This document shows positions 1 to 11,500 of a stretch of 64,000 nt of DNA, in pieces. Both the position numbers and the translations under genes were made by a program. The notes below the pieces were generated by a model. That model was not told where the DNA came from. It made no database searches and worked only from the letters and a program-made list of their open reading frames with translations. The stretch lies in IMG/VR virus record IMGVR_UViG_3300027754_000042. One strand, written 5' to 3'. Position 1 is the stretch's first letter; every line of letters begins with the position of its first letter. The DNA comes from a virus.

Positions 1-755
1 TTACTGCTCGTCGTATGGCACTATCATCATCAATTGAAAGACACACCAAAGAACTAAACGTGATGACAGCTGACCCATATAATATTCTTTATTCATTGCC
101 TTATTCAGAATTGGTGCGCCGTTATCCTCAAATTAGACCAAATACTCCTGTTGCTCAAGCCTTGCAGTTTATCAAGACAGCGCAAACGGTTGCATTGTTG
201 GCTGGTATTACCGTTGACATCGTTTCGAGTATCGGATCTTACAATTTTGAGTCTGGAGGTGTTATAGATAGTGGTGCGGCTAAATCTAGCACCAGCACGA
301 CACCAGCATTACTTGATGATGCGTATGGATCTTTGAGAGAACCAACGCTACAAGATCGTACAAATCCAGCCACATTCCGTGGTGCACAAGTACCTAACCC
401 ACAAGCACCATACGATTCTAGCGTAGGTGAAGCTGGGATCTATGGGCGTGGCGGAGGCCATTTAACAGGTGAGTCATTTGAACTTACAAAATCTCAAAGA
501 GAACAGCAATTTGGTTTACCTGAACCTGTAACTGGGGCAGTATCTGAATTTGATGTTGGCGCACTTCGTTACGATGATCCACAAGCTTGGGTTGAGACTG
601 TGGAGAATAAGATTACAGAAGAAGTTGTATCTGGCAAGTCGTTCTCTGCTTCTGATGGCTATGATAGCTACACTGGTTCTGAGGGTAATTATGATTATAG
701 CGACCAACAAGGTGATAATAGTGTAGGTGAACCTTATCCTGATTATAGCGAATGA
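1..755 (+). CDS. C-terminal part of a hypothetical, probably virion or baseplate-associated, protein; 5' end lies outside the window
   Basis: The frame is open upstream of the ATG at 15 (act gct cgt cgt atg). Acidic Ser/Gly/Tyr-rich tail. Lies directly upstream of gp25. Confidence 0.5.
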   Translation, partial: TARRMALSSSIERHTKELNVMTADPYNILYSLPYSELVRRYPQIRPNTPVAQALQFIKTAQTVALLAGITVDIVSSIGSYNFESGGVIDSGAAKSSTSTTPALLDDAYGSLREPTLQDRTNPATFRGAQVPNPQAPYDSSVGEAGIYGRGGGHLTGESFELTKSQREQQFGLPEPVTGAVSEFDVGALRYDDPQAWVETVENKITEEVVSGKSFSASDGYDSYTGSEGNYDYSDQQGDNSVGEPYPDYSE

Positions 756-761
756 TAGTAT

Positions 762-791
762 CTGACCGGTTACAACATCCTTATTATACCT
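762..791. repeat. 30 bp element, copy 1 (second copy at 40928-40957)
   Basis: ctgaccggttacaacatccttattatacct vs ctgacccgatacaacatccttattatacct, 28/30 identical. Confidence 0.9.
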
Positions 792-811
792 TAAAAATAA
801 CTAAATGTCAA
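783..811 (-). promoter_or_regulatory. Perfect sigma70 promoter on the minus strand (TTGACA-17-TATAAT), antisense to the upstream late gene
   Basis: + strand tgtcaa 806-811 and attata 783-788, 17 bp spacer. Confidence 0.75.
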
Positions 812-852
812 GAGTTTTTTCGTAATAAATAACAGATAAAGGAAAAAACTTA

Positions 853-1281
853 ATGGTCAAAAAGTTACCACCATCGCTTACCAAAACGTCTTATAGGGAC
901 TTTGATCTGTCCTTTAAGAAGCACCCTGTCACGGGAAAATTGCTGGTAAAGAAAGACGATGATGCTGTTAAGCAGGCCGTTAAGAATTTGGTTCTAACAA
1001 ACAAATACGAGAGACCGTTTAGCCCAGAATTTGGGGGCGACGTTAGATCGAAACTTTTTGAGAACTTTTCGCCATTTATTCAATCCGATATGGAAACGCG
1101 AATCAACACCACGCTCAAAAATTATGAGCCTCGTGTTAAAATTATGAACGATCTTGGTATTGATACCGTAACCGTAATTCCTTACCCTGACTATAATGGT
1201 TTAAATGTTACCGTTAGATTCAAAGTAATTGCTTCATTGAGCGACGTTTCGCTAGACATTAATCTTAACAGGGTCCACTAA
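853..1281 (+). CDS. gp25: Baseplate wedge subunit gp25
   Basis: YRDFDLSF..HPVT, AVKQAVKNLVLT..YERPF.PEFG and YEPRV motifs; immediately upstream of gp6. Confidence 0.92.
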   Translation: MVKKLPPSLTKTSYRDFDLSFKKHPVTGKLLVKKDDDAVKQAVKNLVLTNKYERPFSPEFGGDVRSKLFENFSPFIQSDMETRINTTLKNYEPRVKIMNDLGIDTVTVIPYPDYNGLNVTVRFKVIASLSDVSLDINLNRVH

Positions 1282-3182
1282 TGGCTGCTAATACCGATCT
1301 CATCGTAACAGGGTTAGATTTTACCGCTATTCGCGCAAATCTACGCAATTTTCTTGCAGCTAAGCCAGAATTTACCGATTATGACTTCCAAGACTCAGCA
1401 ATGGGCACACTATTGGATTTGCTTGCATATAATACCTACTATCAAGCTTTTTATGCTAACATGGCTACCGCTGAGGGTTTTCTTGATAGCGCGCAGATTT
1501 ACGATAGTGTTGTTTCTCGTGCCAAAGCAATTGGATATCTGCCATCATCCGCACGTGGCGCGACTGCAAATCTTCAGATCATATTTACGGCTAGTGTGGC
1601 TACACCTACATTTCGTTCGATTACTGTACCAAAAAATACTCGATTTACCACAACAATCAACGGCACAGCATATATTTTTGTAACACCACAAACATATACG
1701 GTCACTGCAAATTCAACAAGTGGGTTTGCCAGTTATATAAACATTACAGAAGGCGAACCGCTCACCCATAGATATCTATTCAATCGAGCATCAAACACAT
1801 CATTCGTATTACCGAATGAAAATGTAGATACATCAAGCATTACCGTATCGGTAACGACAGCTGGGAATACGCAAACATACGTTCGCGCAGATGATATTCT
1901 GACTGTTAATTCTAGCTCAAAAGTTTATTTTGTTGAAGCTGACAAAGGATACAAATACAAAGTTTCATTTGGAGATGGTGTGTTTGGTACATACCCAATA
2001 AACTCAAGCGTCGTTAATATTTCGTATCGCGTATGCAATGGCGAAATGACTAATGGCGCCAACGATTTTAGATTGGTTGGATCTACAATTGACGGACAAG
2101 CCAGTGTTTACATAGCCTCAGTTGGACGTGCTTCCGGGGGCGCTGAAGTTGAAGGTATTGAGTCGGTTCGACGCAATGCTCCTCTCTCATACGAAACACA
2201 AAATCGAGCTGTAATTAATAACGATTACGAGCGTATTATTTTACGCGACAATCCAGATATTCAAGCGATTAGTACCTGGGGTGGTGAGGATAATTATCCG
2301 CCTATCTACGGTAAAGTTTTTGTGTGTGCTAAACCAAAAATAGGCAATATCTTTTCATCAAGTCGTAAAAATACCATCAAGATCAATCTAAAAAAATATA
2401 ACGTACAGTCTATCGACGTTGAAATGGTTGACCCTACTTATTTGTATATCATACCTAGCGTCATTGTTCGTGCTGATTTCCGAAACACAACATTAACACC
2501 AGGTGAAATTGCATCGCGTGTTGCAAATAAAATTATATCTTACGAGACAACTGGTTTGAATCTATTTGGTAAACGCTTTCGTTTTTCTAAATTTCTTGAA
2601 ACTATAGACTCGGCTGATGATTCGATAATGACATCGGATGCTAACATCCAAACAAAAAAAATGTTCATCCCGTCTTTGACTACGCCAAGCACATATACGC
2701 TGCGTTTCAATCATTCAATTCAAGGGCTAGGTGGGTATATTTCTAACATACCAGATAATATCAGTTTGGGTACAGTTACTTCATCTAAATTTACATATCA
2801 GGGGTATGAAAATTGCTACTTTGATGACAATGGGTATGGTACACTTCAAATCTATTATCCAAATCGCACTGATAATAGCGCAGAAATTCTTTCTCGTAAT
2901 TATCTATCAGTTAACGCCGGAACAGTCGATTATGAAAATGGCATAGTAACGATTACATCCTTCTTACCACAAGCATATGATGGGTCCACTATGTCTATAG
3001 TGTGTTCTCCAACAACAACAAATATTGTGCCAATTCGGAATCAAATCTTACTCATGGCACAATCAAAAATTCAAGTTATTGACGATCTGTCTGGTATTGT
3101 GGTATCATCCGTTGCAAGCGTGGAAACTATTGGGCAAACTCAAATATCTATAATTCCAGGCGGAAGGTTAAATAACTTCTAA
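1281..3182 (+). CDS. gp6: Baseplate wedge subunit gp6
   Basis: LDF..IR.NL..FL, FTDYDF, LLDLLAYNTYY, FGDGVFG, QNRAV...DY and WGGEDN.PP.YGKVF motifs; 633 aa. Confidence 0.93.
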   Translation: MAANTDLIVTGLDFTAIRANLRNFLAAKPEFTDYDFQDSAMGTLLDLLAYNTYYQAFYANMATAEGFLDSAQIYDSVVSRAKAIGYLPSSARGATANLQIIFTASVATPTFRSITVPKNTRFTTTINGTAYIFVTPQTYTVTANSTSGFASYINITEGEPLTHRYLFNRASNTSFVLPNENVDTSSITVSVTTAGNTQTYVRADDILTVNSSSKVYFVEADKGYKYKVSFGDGVFGTYPINSSVVNISYRVCNGEMTNGANDFRLVGSTIDGQASVYIASVGRASGGAEVEGIESVRRNAPLSYETQNRAVINNDYERIILRDNPDIQAISTWGGEDNYPPIYGKVFVCAKPKIGNIFSSSRKNTIKINLKKYNVQSIDVEMVDPTYLYIIPSVIVRADFRNTTLTPGEIASRVANKIISYETTGLNLFGKRFRFSKFLETIDSADDSIMTSDANIQTKKMFIPSLTTPSTYTLRFNHSIQGLGGYISNIPDNISLGTVTSSKFTYQGYENCYFDDNGYGTLQIYYPNRTDNSAEILSRNYLSVNAGTVDYENGIVTITSFLPQAYDGSTMSIVCSPTTTNIVPIRNQILLMAQSKIQVIDDLSGIVVSSVASVETIGQTQISIIPGGRLNNF

Positions 3183-6100
3183 TGGCAACATTTGCAGTAG
3201 GTATTGTAGAATTTACCGCAGTTACCGCAGACCCGGTTCTTCAATGGGGTGCTGGCGCTGCGATCACAGCGAATGTGGCCGTTTCAGAAATTGTTGGTGG
3301 CCCTGTCTGGTCGCTTTCAATTTCAGAATCTGCTCGCGCAAACAATACCACATTTATGCGATATACTGGTGCCGCGGCTATGGCCGAAAGTGTATCTATT
3401 ACCGATACCCCTGCTTCTATATCAAATATTGTTGAAACTATAACCGCGGCTGCAACTCAAAGAGCAAATGTAGTATTTTCGGCTATTATTACTTCACCAG
3501 TATCTGCAACCGATACGTTTATTCGCGTTACACCAGTTTCTATCGTAGAATCCGTAACACTTAGAGATGAACCATTTTACGAAAAACATGTTGTATCTGG
3601 TGCCGAGGAAATTTATCGTAAGATATCACCAAAAATTGAAATGCAATTCCCAGGATTCATTCGTGAAGAAGGACCTCAGTTTGTCGCATTTCTCAAAGGA
3701 TATCATCAGTTTGCTGAACAGACTGGTATGCCTATTGATGCCATTCGTGGGTTACCAGATAATCAAGACATTGATCGTTCATTAGATATGTTTGTTGAAT
3801 ATTTTAGACGCGAATTTATGCCAAACATACCAAAATATGTTGCGGCCGATCAGCGTTTGATGACAAAGTATATTAGAGAATTTTACAGAAGTCGTGGTTC
3901 GGACGATTCTTTCCGTGCTATCTTCCGTGCTATGTTCAACAAAGAAATTGACCTGTACTACCCTGGTCAAGATGTTCTTCGTGCGTCTGATGGGCGTTGG
4001 GTAAAAGAAACCATCATTCGTGTTGGTACACCATATAACACTATACCAACAAGCATGGCTGGTAACATCATTACCGGACTAACATCTGGCGCAACCGCGC
4101 GTGTAGAAAATACACAGACACTAGAAGCATCAGGCATCTTGGTATATGATTTAACAATTCAAGGCGTTGTTGGAACATTTTCTGACGGTGAAATCGTACA
4201 AGATGAATATGGTAATCGTGCTACAATCAATAACCAGCTAGGTGCTTTGACTGGTATTGATGTTTTACAAGGTGGTGCATTTCACTCGTCTGGTGGGTCG
4301 TATCACGAAAAAGGTGACGTGGTTGAAATAACCGGCGCTTCTTCTTCCGAACCAGCGTACGGAATCGTGACCGAAGTTAGCAATAAAAGCGCAGTGCAAG
4401 TTACGTTACTTAATGGTGGGGCTGGGTACACAAAAGATCACACCGTCATAACAACATCTGGCGGATCTGGTGTTGGACTCGCTATAAGAATCAATTCATG
4501 GACACAGACGGCTGTAAGTACAGCAATCAATAGTGATGCTATTGCGCCTATGGCTTTGGTTATGATTGGTACTCCAAATTATTTCGTATCTACTGGAGCC
4601 AATACGGCGACAGTATCGTCAAAATTATCTGGTAAACTAATTTTTAGCACCACGTCAAATACAATTTCTGGTATCGGCACCACATTTCAATCGCAGCTTT
4701 CAAATGATTTGTTGGTTCGAGTTGCTGGGCAAGCTAATACATTGCGCGTTCATTCTGTATTGAGCGACACATCATTTGTATCGGCATTTAGACCTTTAAA
4801 TAATCAAACATCACCAGGGGCCGATGCATATATTCGCTTGGCTGCCGCTAACGTAAATTCTACATTGGCTTCGGCATTTGCGTTCTCGACAACAGGGACA
4901 TATTCGATCAATTCGATTGCTATCATTAGCACTGGATATGATTATAAAACACTACCTACGATTACGATTACTGACGATACTACATCCGTATTGAATATCG
5001 AAGATGGTAATGGTGGATTCCTTGGACGTAATGCTGTTATTGGTATTGATAATGCACCAGGTGCTATCGTAAGCATCGACATTACCGCTGGTGGTGCCAA
5101 CTTCAATAGAAACGAACTTGCTACGATTCAAAACGTAACGCAAGGTAATAGTGTCATCATCGAATCTACGCCAGGCAATCTTGGCACCACGTGGCGCAAA
5201 ACAAAGACAACATTCAATGCTTCCGGTACACCTCAAGTTTCTGGCATCACAAAACTTCCTGGACGATACACAGATACTAAAGGTTTCCTAAGTTGGAACA
5301 ATAGACTTCAGGATAACTATTATTACCAGGAATTCTCTTATGTTGTTCGTGTTACTGAGCTTGTCGATAAGTATCGTGATATTATCAAAAATCTTGTGCA
5401 CCCTGCTGGAACAAAGATGTTTGGTACATACAATATGCGCTCAGCAGCCACAATGCCATTCACTCTTGTTGAGTCAAACTCAAATATCCAAAACGTAAGA
5501 GATAATGAGCCAGTTACGGCATTGGATAGCTTCACTGGTACGATGGTTAGCAATGGCAGCATAACATCTTCTTCAATAACACCAGCAGAAATTACCGCTG
5601 CGTATGTGTCGAAAGAAGTTGGTATATCGAATGTCGCAAATGCTAATGGCGTACCTGTTGCGATTGCTACATACCCAGGTGCAGGCACTGCTAACGTCAC
5701 AGCGACAACCACAGAAACTGCTATTGGTACATACCCAGCTGCTGGTACAGCTAACACAGCCGTTACAGATACTCCAGTTGCTATCGGTACATACCCAGCC
5801 GCGCGCACTGAAGCAGCTACCGCAAATAATACTCAGGTTGCGATTGCTACATATCCAGGCGCAGGTACTGCAAATATCGCTCTTAATACAACACAAGCGG
5901 CTGAGAAATTCCTTCTCGTATCAGGAAGATATGTCACTGTTCAATACGCCAACAGTATCGTTTCTCTATACGAATCAGTGCCAACAAGCGTATACGACGC
6001 GATTACGATTTCGATGTTCGACGACAAACCAAGATTGGTTCGTATTGCGAAAGGCACACCGTGGTTTGCAAACAACGCTCTCCGTGCAAACACTGGCACA

Positions 6101-6265
6101 ATTCAAGTCAGTGGAAACGGAACAAGCGTTATCGTTGCTACTGTTGGCAGCGGAAGCACTACGGTTTATCAAGTCAATGCGATCTTCTCGAATACGTTCT
6201 TGTCGCTTCGCACAAACTACCTACCAATCAGTTCAAACGCAACATTTGCTTATAGCGTAGGGTAA
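3182..6265 (+). CDS. Baseplate wedge initiator, gp7-like, with repetitive N- and C-terminal extensions
   Basis: QFPGFIREE, FYRSRGS..SF..IFR, LRASDGRW, LQDNYYYQEFSYV and LVHPAGTKMFG motifs typical of T4-like gp7 homologues; lies between gp6 and gp8. Confidence 0.75.
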   Translation: MATFAVGIVEFTAVTADPVLQWGAGAAITANVAVSEIVGGPVWSLSISESARANNTTFMRYTGAAAMAESVSITDTPASISNIVETITAAATQRANVVFSAIITSPVSATDTFIRVTPVSIVESVTLRDEPFYEKHVVSGAEEIYRKISPKIEMQFPGFIREEGPQFVAFLKGYHQFAEQTGMPIDAIRGLPDNQDIDRSLDMFVEYFRREFMPNIPKYVAADQRLMTKYIREFYRSRGSDDSFRAIFRAMFNKEIDLYYPGQDVLRASDGRWVKETIIRVGTPYNTIPTSMAGNIITGLTSGATARVENTQTLEASGILVYDLTIQGVVGTFSDGEIVQDEYGNRATINNQLGALTGIDVLQGGAFHSSGGSYHEKGDVVEITGASSSEPAYGIVTEVSNKSAVQVTLLNGGAGYTKDHTVITTSGGSGVGLAIRINSWTQTAVSTAINSDAIAPMALVMIGTPNYFVSTGANTATVSSKLSGKLIFSTTSNTISGIGTTFQSQLSNDLLVRVAGQANTLRVHSVLSDTSFVSAFRPLNNQTSPGADAYIRLAAANVNSTLASAFAFSTTGTYSINSIAIISTGYDYKTLPTITITDDTTSVLNIEDGNGGFLGRNAVIGIDNAPGAIVSIDITAGGANFNRNELATIQNVTQGNSVIIESTPGNLGTTWRKTKTTFNASGTPQVSGITKLPGRYTDTKGFLSWNNRLQDNYYYQEFSYVVRVTELVDKYRDIIKNLVHPAGTKMFGTYNMRSAATMPFTLVESNSNIQNVRDNEPVTALDSFTGTMVSNGSITSSSITPAEITAAYVSKEVGISNVANANGVPVAIATYPGAGTANVTATTTETAIGTYPAAGTANTAVTDTPVAIGTYPAARTEAATANNTQVAIATYPGAGTANIALNTTQAAEKFLLVSGRYVTVQYANSIVSLYESVPTSVYDAITISMFDDKPRLVRIAKGTPWFANNALRANTGTIQVSGNGTSVIVATVGSGSTTVYQVNAIFSNTFLSLRTNYLPISSNATFAYSVG
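5654..5890 (+). repeat. Four degenerate 60 bp (20 aa) tandem repeats, consensus (V/T)AI(A/G)TYP(G/A)AGTAN
   Basis: PVAIATYPGAGTAN / TAIGTYPAAGTAN / PVAIGTYPAARTEA / QVAIATYPGAGTAN at 20 aa period. Confidence 0.85.
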
Positions 6266-6268
6266 TCT

Positions 6269-6276
6269 TATAAATA
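6269..6276 (+). promoter_or_regulatory. T4-type late promoter TATAAATA
   Basis: Exact motif in the intergenic gap before the 6333 ORF; gp55 is encoded in this window. Confidence 0.8.
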
Positions 6277-6332
6277 GCAAGCTAAATAGTCGTAGTTAGA
6301 TTATTTAAAATCAATCCATAGAGGAGAGAAAA

Positions 6333-6902
6333 ATGGAAAATAAAGTTGAACCAAATACTATGGCTGACGCTTCGGTTATCCGTGGTGCTGGTGTAGGTGA
6401 AGGACTAACAGTTTCTGGTTATTACACAGTGTCCTGCGTTGATGAAAATGGTGTTGTAAAGTGGGCCGATGAGTTCTCAAATCTTGTAACCACTGTTGGT
6501 AAGAATGACCTTCTAGACAAGTATCTAGCCGGTTCTGCTTATACCGCTGCTTGGTATATGGGTCTCATTAGCTCCACATCTTACACAGCCGTAGCTGCTG
6601 GTGACACAATGTCATCTCACACAGGTTGGTTGGAAGCTGGCGCTACCTATAACCCAACATATTCACAGGCTACTCGCCCAACTCCAGCTTGGTCTGCCGC
6701 ATCTGCCGGGGCTAAGGCTACATCCGCTGCGGTTTCGTTCTCAATCACTTCTTCTGGTACTGTCAAGGGCGCATTCTTGAATTCAGTATCAACCAAGGAT
6801 GGCACAACTGGCGTTCTTTACTCTGCTGGTTTATTCACTGGTGGCGATAAGGTCGTATCAAGCGGCGACACTGTAAACGTAACCTACACAGCGAGCGCGT
6901 AA
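6333..6902 (+). CDS. Putative virion structural protein
   Basis: Late promoter, AGGAG RBS, Ser/Thr/Ala/Gly-rich beta-type sequence, inside the baseplate cluster. Confidence 0.65.
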   Translation: MENKVEPNTMADASVIRGAGVGEGLTVSGYYTVSCVDENGVVKWADEFSNLVTTVGKNDLLDKYLAGSAYTAAWYMGLISSTSYTAVAAGDTMSSHTGWLEAGATYNPTYSQATRPTPAWSAASAGAKATSAAVSFSITSSGTVKGAFLNSVSTKDGTTGVLYSAGLFTGGDKVVSSGDTVNVTYTASA

Positions 6903-6908
6903 GCTAAT

Positions 6909-8501
6909 ATGGCTGGTGGATTAATCACTTCTCATTTTCGTATTCACAATGCGATGCAGTTTGCTGAATCGTTTAGCGAAACTACGCCTTCGCGATATTA
7001 TTTCTTTATCGCGAAGAGCTATGAATGGGTTAATGAGGTTGATCCACCGGAACCAGTAGATACATATCAAGAAACTTACTACAATCAGTGGCGTGATATG
7101 ATGTCGGTTAAACGCATATATGCATCACAGGTTTCTCATGTAGTACCTCGTTATGATTGGACATCTGGTACGGTTTATGATGAGTGGGATGATAAGGAAA
7201 ATTTGCAAACTTATGTAAATCATTCTATTCAAGAGCATAACTATTACGCACTTACAAATGAAAATAACGTGTACAAGGTCATCGACAATAATGGATATGC
7301 TGCCTCTACGGTTAAACCAACAGGGACAGGGACATCCATTATTTCAACATCAGATGGTTATCGTTGGAAATACATGTACACCATTTCTGCTGGTGAAGCA
7401 CTGAACTTTCTTACACATGATTATATGCCAGTAAAAACATTATTGTCTAACGATAATAGTTCCCAGTGGACAGTACAGGATAATGCCGTTGAAGGATCTA
7501 TCAATAATATTATTGTTAGTAACACAGGAAGTGGTTACCTTGTAACGTCAAACACATTTGCATCTGTTACCAATTCAACTGTTATGACATTAAAAAGTAA
7601 TGCTCTTGCTGTGGACGCCGCATATACAGATTCAGCTATTTTTATTAAAGCAGGAACTGGTTCTGGGCAAATTAGATCCATCACTGATTATATGGGTGCA
7701 ACTAGAAAACTAACAGTGAATAATGCGTTTACAACTCTACCCGACACCACAAGTGAATATTATATCTCTCCTCGCGTAATTATTCGTGGTGATAGTGGTT
7801 CTTCGGTATCCACACGCGCATCCGCGTATGTGTCGAATGCTTTAGGTGGCATCGTTCGAAGCGTTACTGTAATTGCGCCAGGGTCAGGTTATACACAAGC
7901 TAATGTTGTATTCAAACGTAATCCATCATATGGTTCTGGCGCAAATGCTTATGTTATCATACCGCCAGTAGGTGGGCATGGGTCCGATCCAGTTGATGAG
8001 CTTCGTGGTTACAATATTATGATTAACGTAAATCTTGTAGGTTCGGAAGCTAACACATTTACATCGAACAACGATTTCCGAATTATTGGACTTCTTCGTG
8101 ACCCGCTTTTGGCTGGTGGTTTAGTAGCAAATGCGTCAGTTATCGACCAGTGTACCAGAATTAACGTAACAAATGTTAGCGGTGATTTTCGAGCTGACGA
8201 AGTAATTACTGGACTAACAACAGGCGCAACCGCAAGAAATGTGTATTTCGCAAATTCAAATTCAACAAGAACATCTGGCATTGTCCGTGTTATTCGTGAA
8301 ACAACAAACGGTACTGGGCAATCATTTTTGACCGGCGAAACTATTGTTGGGGCCACAACAGGCGTGACAGCTTTGGTATCATCTCGTATTGATCCGGCTA
8401 TGAAACGCAACACCGGTTTCATACTATATACTGAGTATAGAGAAAAGGTCGAACGCGCCGGCGATCAAACAGAAAATATTAAGATAGTACTCAAATTTTA
8501 A
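6909..8501 (+). CDS. gp8: Baseplate wedge subunit gp8
   Basis: VVPRYDWTSG, VYKVIDN, DGYRWKYMYTI, GGHGSDPVDEL and QTENIKIVLKF motifs. Confidence 0.88.
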   Translation: MAGGLITSHFRIHNAMQFAESFSETTPSRYYFFIAKSYEWVNEVDPPEPVDTYQETYYNQWRDMMSVKRIYASQVSHVVPRYDWTSGTVYDEWDDKENLQTYVNHSIQEHNYYALTNENNVYKVIDNNGYAASTVKPTGTGTSIISTSDGYRWKYMYTISAGEALNFLTHDYMPVKTLLSNDNSSQWTVQDNAVEGSINNIIVSNTGSGYLVTSNTFASVTNSTVMTLKSNALAVDAAYTDSAIFIKAGTGSGQIRSITDYMGATRKLTVNNAFTTLPDTTSEYYISPRVIIRGDSGSSVSTRASAYVSNALGGIVRSVTVIAPGSGYTQANVVFKRNPSYGSGANAYVIIPPVGGHGSDPVDELRGYNIMINVNLVGSEANTFTSNNDFRIIGLLRDPLLAGGLVANASVIDQCTRINVTNVSGDFRADEVITGLTTGATARNVYFANSNSTRTSGIVRVIRETTNGTGQSFLTGETIVGATTGVTALVSSRIDPAMKRNTGFILYTEYREKVERAGDQTENIKIVLKF

Positions 8502-8513
8502 TCGGAAGGTATC

Positions 8514-11500
8514 ATGGCTGGAGAAGCAAATTCCGTCACGCTCTCAACAAACTTTAACGTAGATCCATTCTACGATGATTTTGATGAGGCAAAGAACTAT
8601 CATAGAATCCTTTTTCGTCCAGGACTAGCAGTTCAGGCCCGTGAACTGACTCAAATGCAAACGATCCTGCAAAACCAGATTGATCGTTTTGCTGAACATA
8701 TTTTTAGAGAAGGTTCAACCGTTAACGGTTTTGAAATGAATTATGATGTAATGTATAATTATGTTCGTGTTCGCGACCGTTCGAGTACAGGTTCTGCTAT
8801 TTCTCCAGTTGATTTCGTAGGTAAAACAATTCAAGGCCAAACATCTGGCGTTACCGCTCTTGTTGTCAATACAAATGACGGTTCAGAAGCTAACACACCA
8901 CACACGAAAACTCTATTCATTAAGTATCAATCAGCAAGCGGTGGAACACGTTATTTTGGTAATAACGAAATTCTAATCGCTACAGACGGTAGCGGTCTTA
9001 CTGCTAATACGATTGTGGGAACAGCAACATACCCAGCCGAAGGGTATGGGTTAGCAGCAACATTCAATTCTGGCATCGTGTATGCGCGAGACCATTTCAT
9101 CCGTGTTCCAGCTCAAACTTTGATTCTCGATAAGTATGGTCGCCGCCCAAGTGTTCGTGTTGGTTTTGATATCACAGAATCAATCGTTACAGAAGTTGAT
9201 GATAGTACCCTCCTTGATCCTGCCTCTGGATCATATAACTATGCTGCCCCAGGTGCTGCTCGTCTCAAGCTTGAAGTTTCATTGAAGAAACTTGATCTCG
9301 ACGCTGCGATATCAAATACATTTGTTGAATTAATGCAGGTAAAAGATGGTATCGTTCAGTCAATTTCAAACCGTACACAGTACTCACAAATTCGTGATTA
9401 TATGGCCCAGAGAACGTCAGACGAGTCTGGAGACTATATCGTTTCTGGGCACAGTTTGTCTGTCAAAGAACATCTAAAATCGGGCAATAATCAAGGTATA
9501 TATACCGCCGCTGAAGGTGGACTTTCAACTAAGTTGTGTGTTATCGTTGCTCCAGGAAAATCATATGTAAAAGGATACGATAATCAAACAATTGTATCCT
9601 CTCGTGTCAATTTGAAAAAAGCAACTGATACTGCTTCTGTCTCTGATGCAAAAGCTCTGGTTGATTATGGTAACTATCTTCTTGTAGACAATGTTGTTGG
9701 TAAGTGGAATCTGGACGCACAGTCTCTGGTCAATCTAAAAAACGATCAGTCAAATGCTGTAAGCACACTTGCATATTCGACAACATGGCCAACTGGTGGT
9801 GCTAAGGGTACAACAATTGGTACTGCTCGCGTTAAGGGTCTTGAGTATTATACCGGTACACCTGGTGCGCCAGATGCTGTCTATAAACTGTATATAACAG
9901 ACGTAAAAATGACTGCGCCATATACGTTTCCGCAAGTTAAAGGTGTTGCGTATTCTGCAAATACACCTGGCAAAGCAGACGTTCGTTATGCGTCAGCTAA
10001 TACGCAAGATGCAGCGACAGATATTTCTGTTTTCCGTTTGCCTACAATCGCAACAAAGACACTACGCAATACTTCTGGCGTAATCAATAACGATTTCACA
10101 TTCTATAAGACATATTCACAAACAACAGACACATCTGGTGTGGCTGCAATTAATACAGGCGACGATAATCAGACGTTTGATGGCGGTGGTTCAGTATTAA
10201 GTCAATCTGGACGACGCACTGATTTCCATGCTGTAGTAACAAGTGCTGCTAATACCGTTGCCGCTGGTTCCGTGTCTATCACTTCTGGTGGTAATACTGT
10301 AACTGGTACTGCTGGTTCAGCATTCACAACTAAAATCAATAAGGGCGATGTGCTTCATATTGGTCTTGCTGGTGATCTAATTGTTAGTGCGGTCAATAGT
10401 GATACCTCGTTGAATGTTCTTGGGACTGCTGGCGCAACTGTAGTCAGTGGTAAGTACTACAAGAAATTCATATCTGGGCAGGTTGTTGATCTTGGTGGTT
10501 ATGGTGGAGACGGCGCTCGTACAGTTACCATTTCGTCGTCACCATCTCGAATTGCAACGATTGATTTGAACGAAACTTTTAATACGACAGGTGCGCCTCT
10601 AAGCATCATCGCGAAAGTTAATCAGATTGATGGACAAGAAGCTGCAAAATCAGTTATTCGTAGTCGTTTGGTTCAGATCAATGTTGGTATGGGTGGAGGC
10701 ACTTCATATGTTGCAAACACAACTGGTCCTTGGTCACTAGGTTTGTCTGATGGATTTAAGCTTGTATCCGTGCGTAAGGTTACAGGTGGAGCTCCAGCGT
10801 CATTTACAACCACAACATCTGGCACCAATGTAACAAATGATTTCGTACTCGATACTGGTATGCGTGATAACTATTATGACCATGCTCGTTTGGTAAAGAA
10901 GTCAACAAGCAGTTTATCTTTATTAAATAATGATCGTTTGCTTGTTACATTGGATCATTTCACACATAGCCATTCATCTGGTGTAGGATTCTTCTCAATC
11001 AATTCATACCCAGTGGATGATTCTCTTGCTGGTTCCGATACATCTAAGATTTACACATATGAGATCCCAATCTTTACGTCACCAACATCTGGTGTTTCTT
11101 TTGATCTTCGCGATTCGTTGGATATTCGTCCGCGCATTGCAGATACAGCCAATAGCGTTACCGCGCTCACAGGAATTTCAAAGAATCCTCTTACATCAAC
11201 AACATTCTATAACCCAACCGGTTGCTTGAAATATTCTCCAACAGGCGAAGATTTTACAACGGACGCTGATTATTATCTAAAGCGTACCGATACTGTTGCA
11301 ATCTCAAAGACAGGTCAAATTGATATTATTCATGGTGCTCCTGCTGCTAGACCATCTGCGCCTGCAGTGCCAGAAGATATGATGGCTATTGCGACAATTC
11401 AGCTTGCGCCATATCCATCTCTCCCTAATGAAATTGGACGTCGTATCAATCGTGCAGATTTAACAAATGTGATTCGTAAGATTCGCAATGAGCGTTATAC

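Noticed and set aside
5654-5890. Regularly spaced 60 bp repeats as a possible CRISPR array or DGR template/variable pair
   Set aside because: They are in-frame coding repeats with synonymous variation; no unique spacers, cas genes or reverse transcriptase are present.
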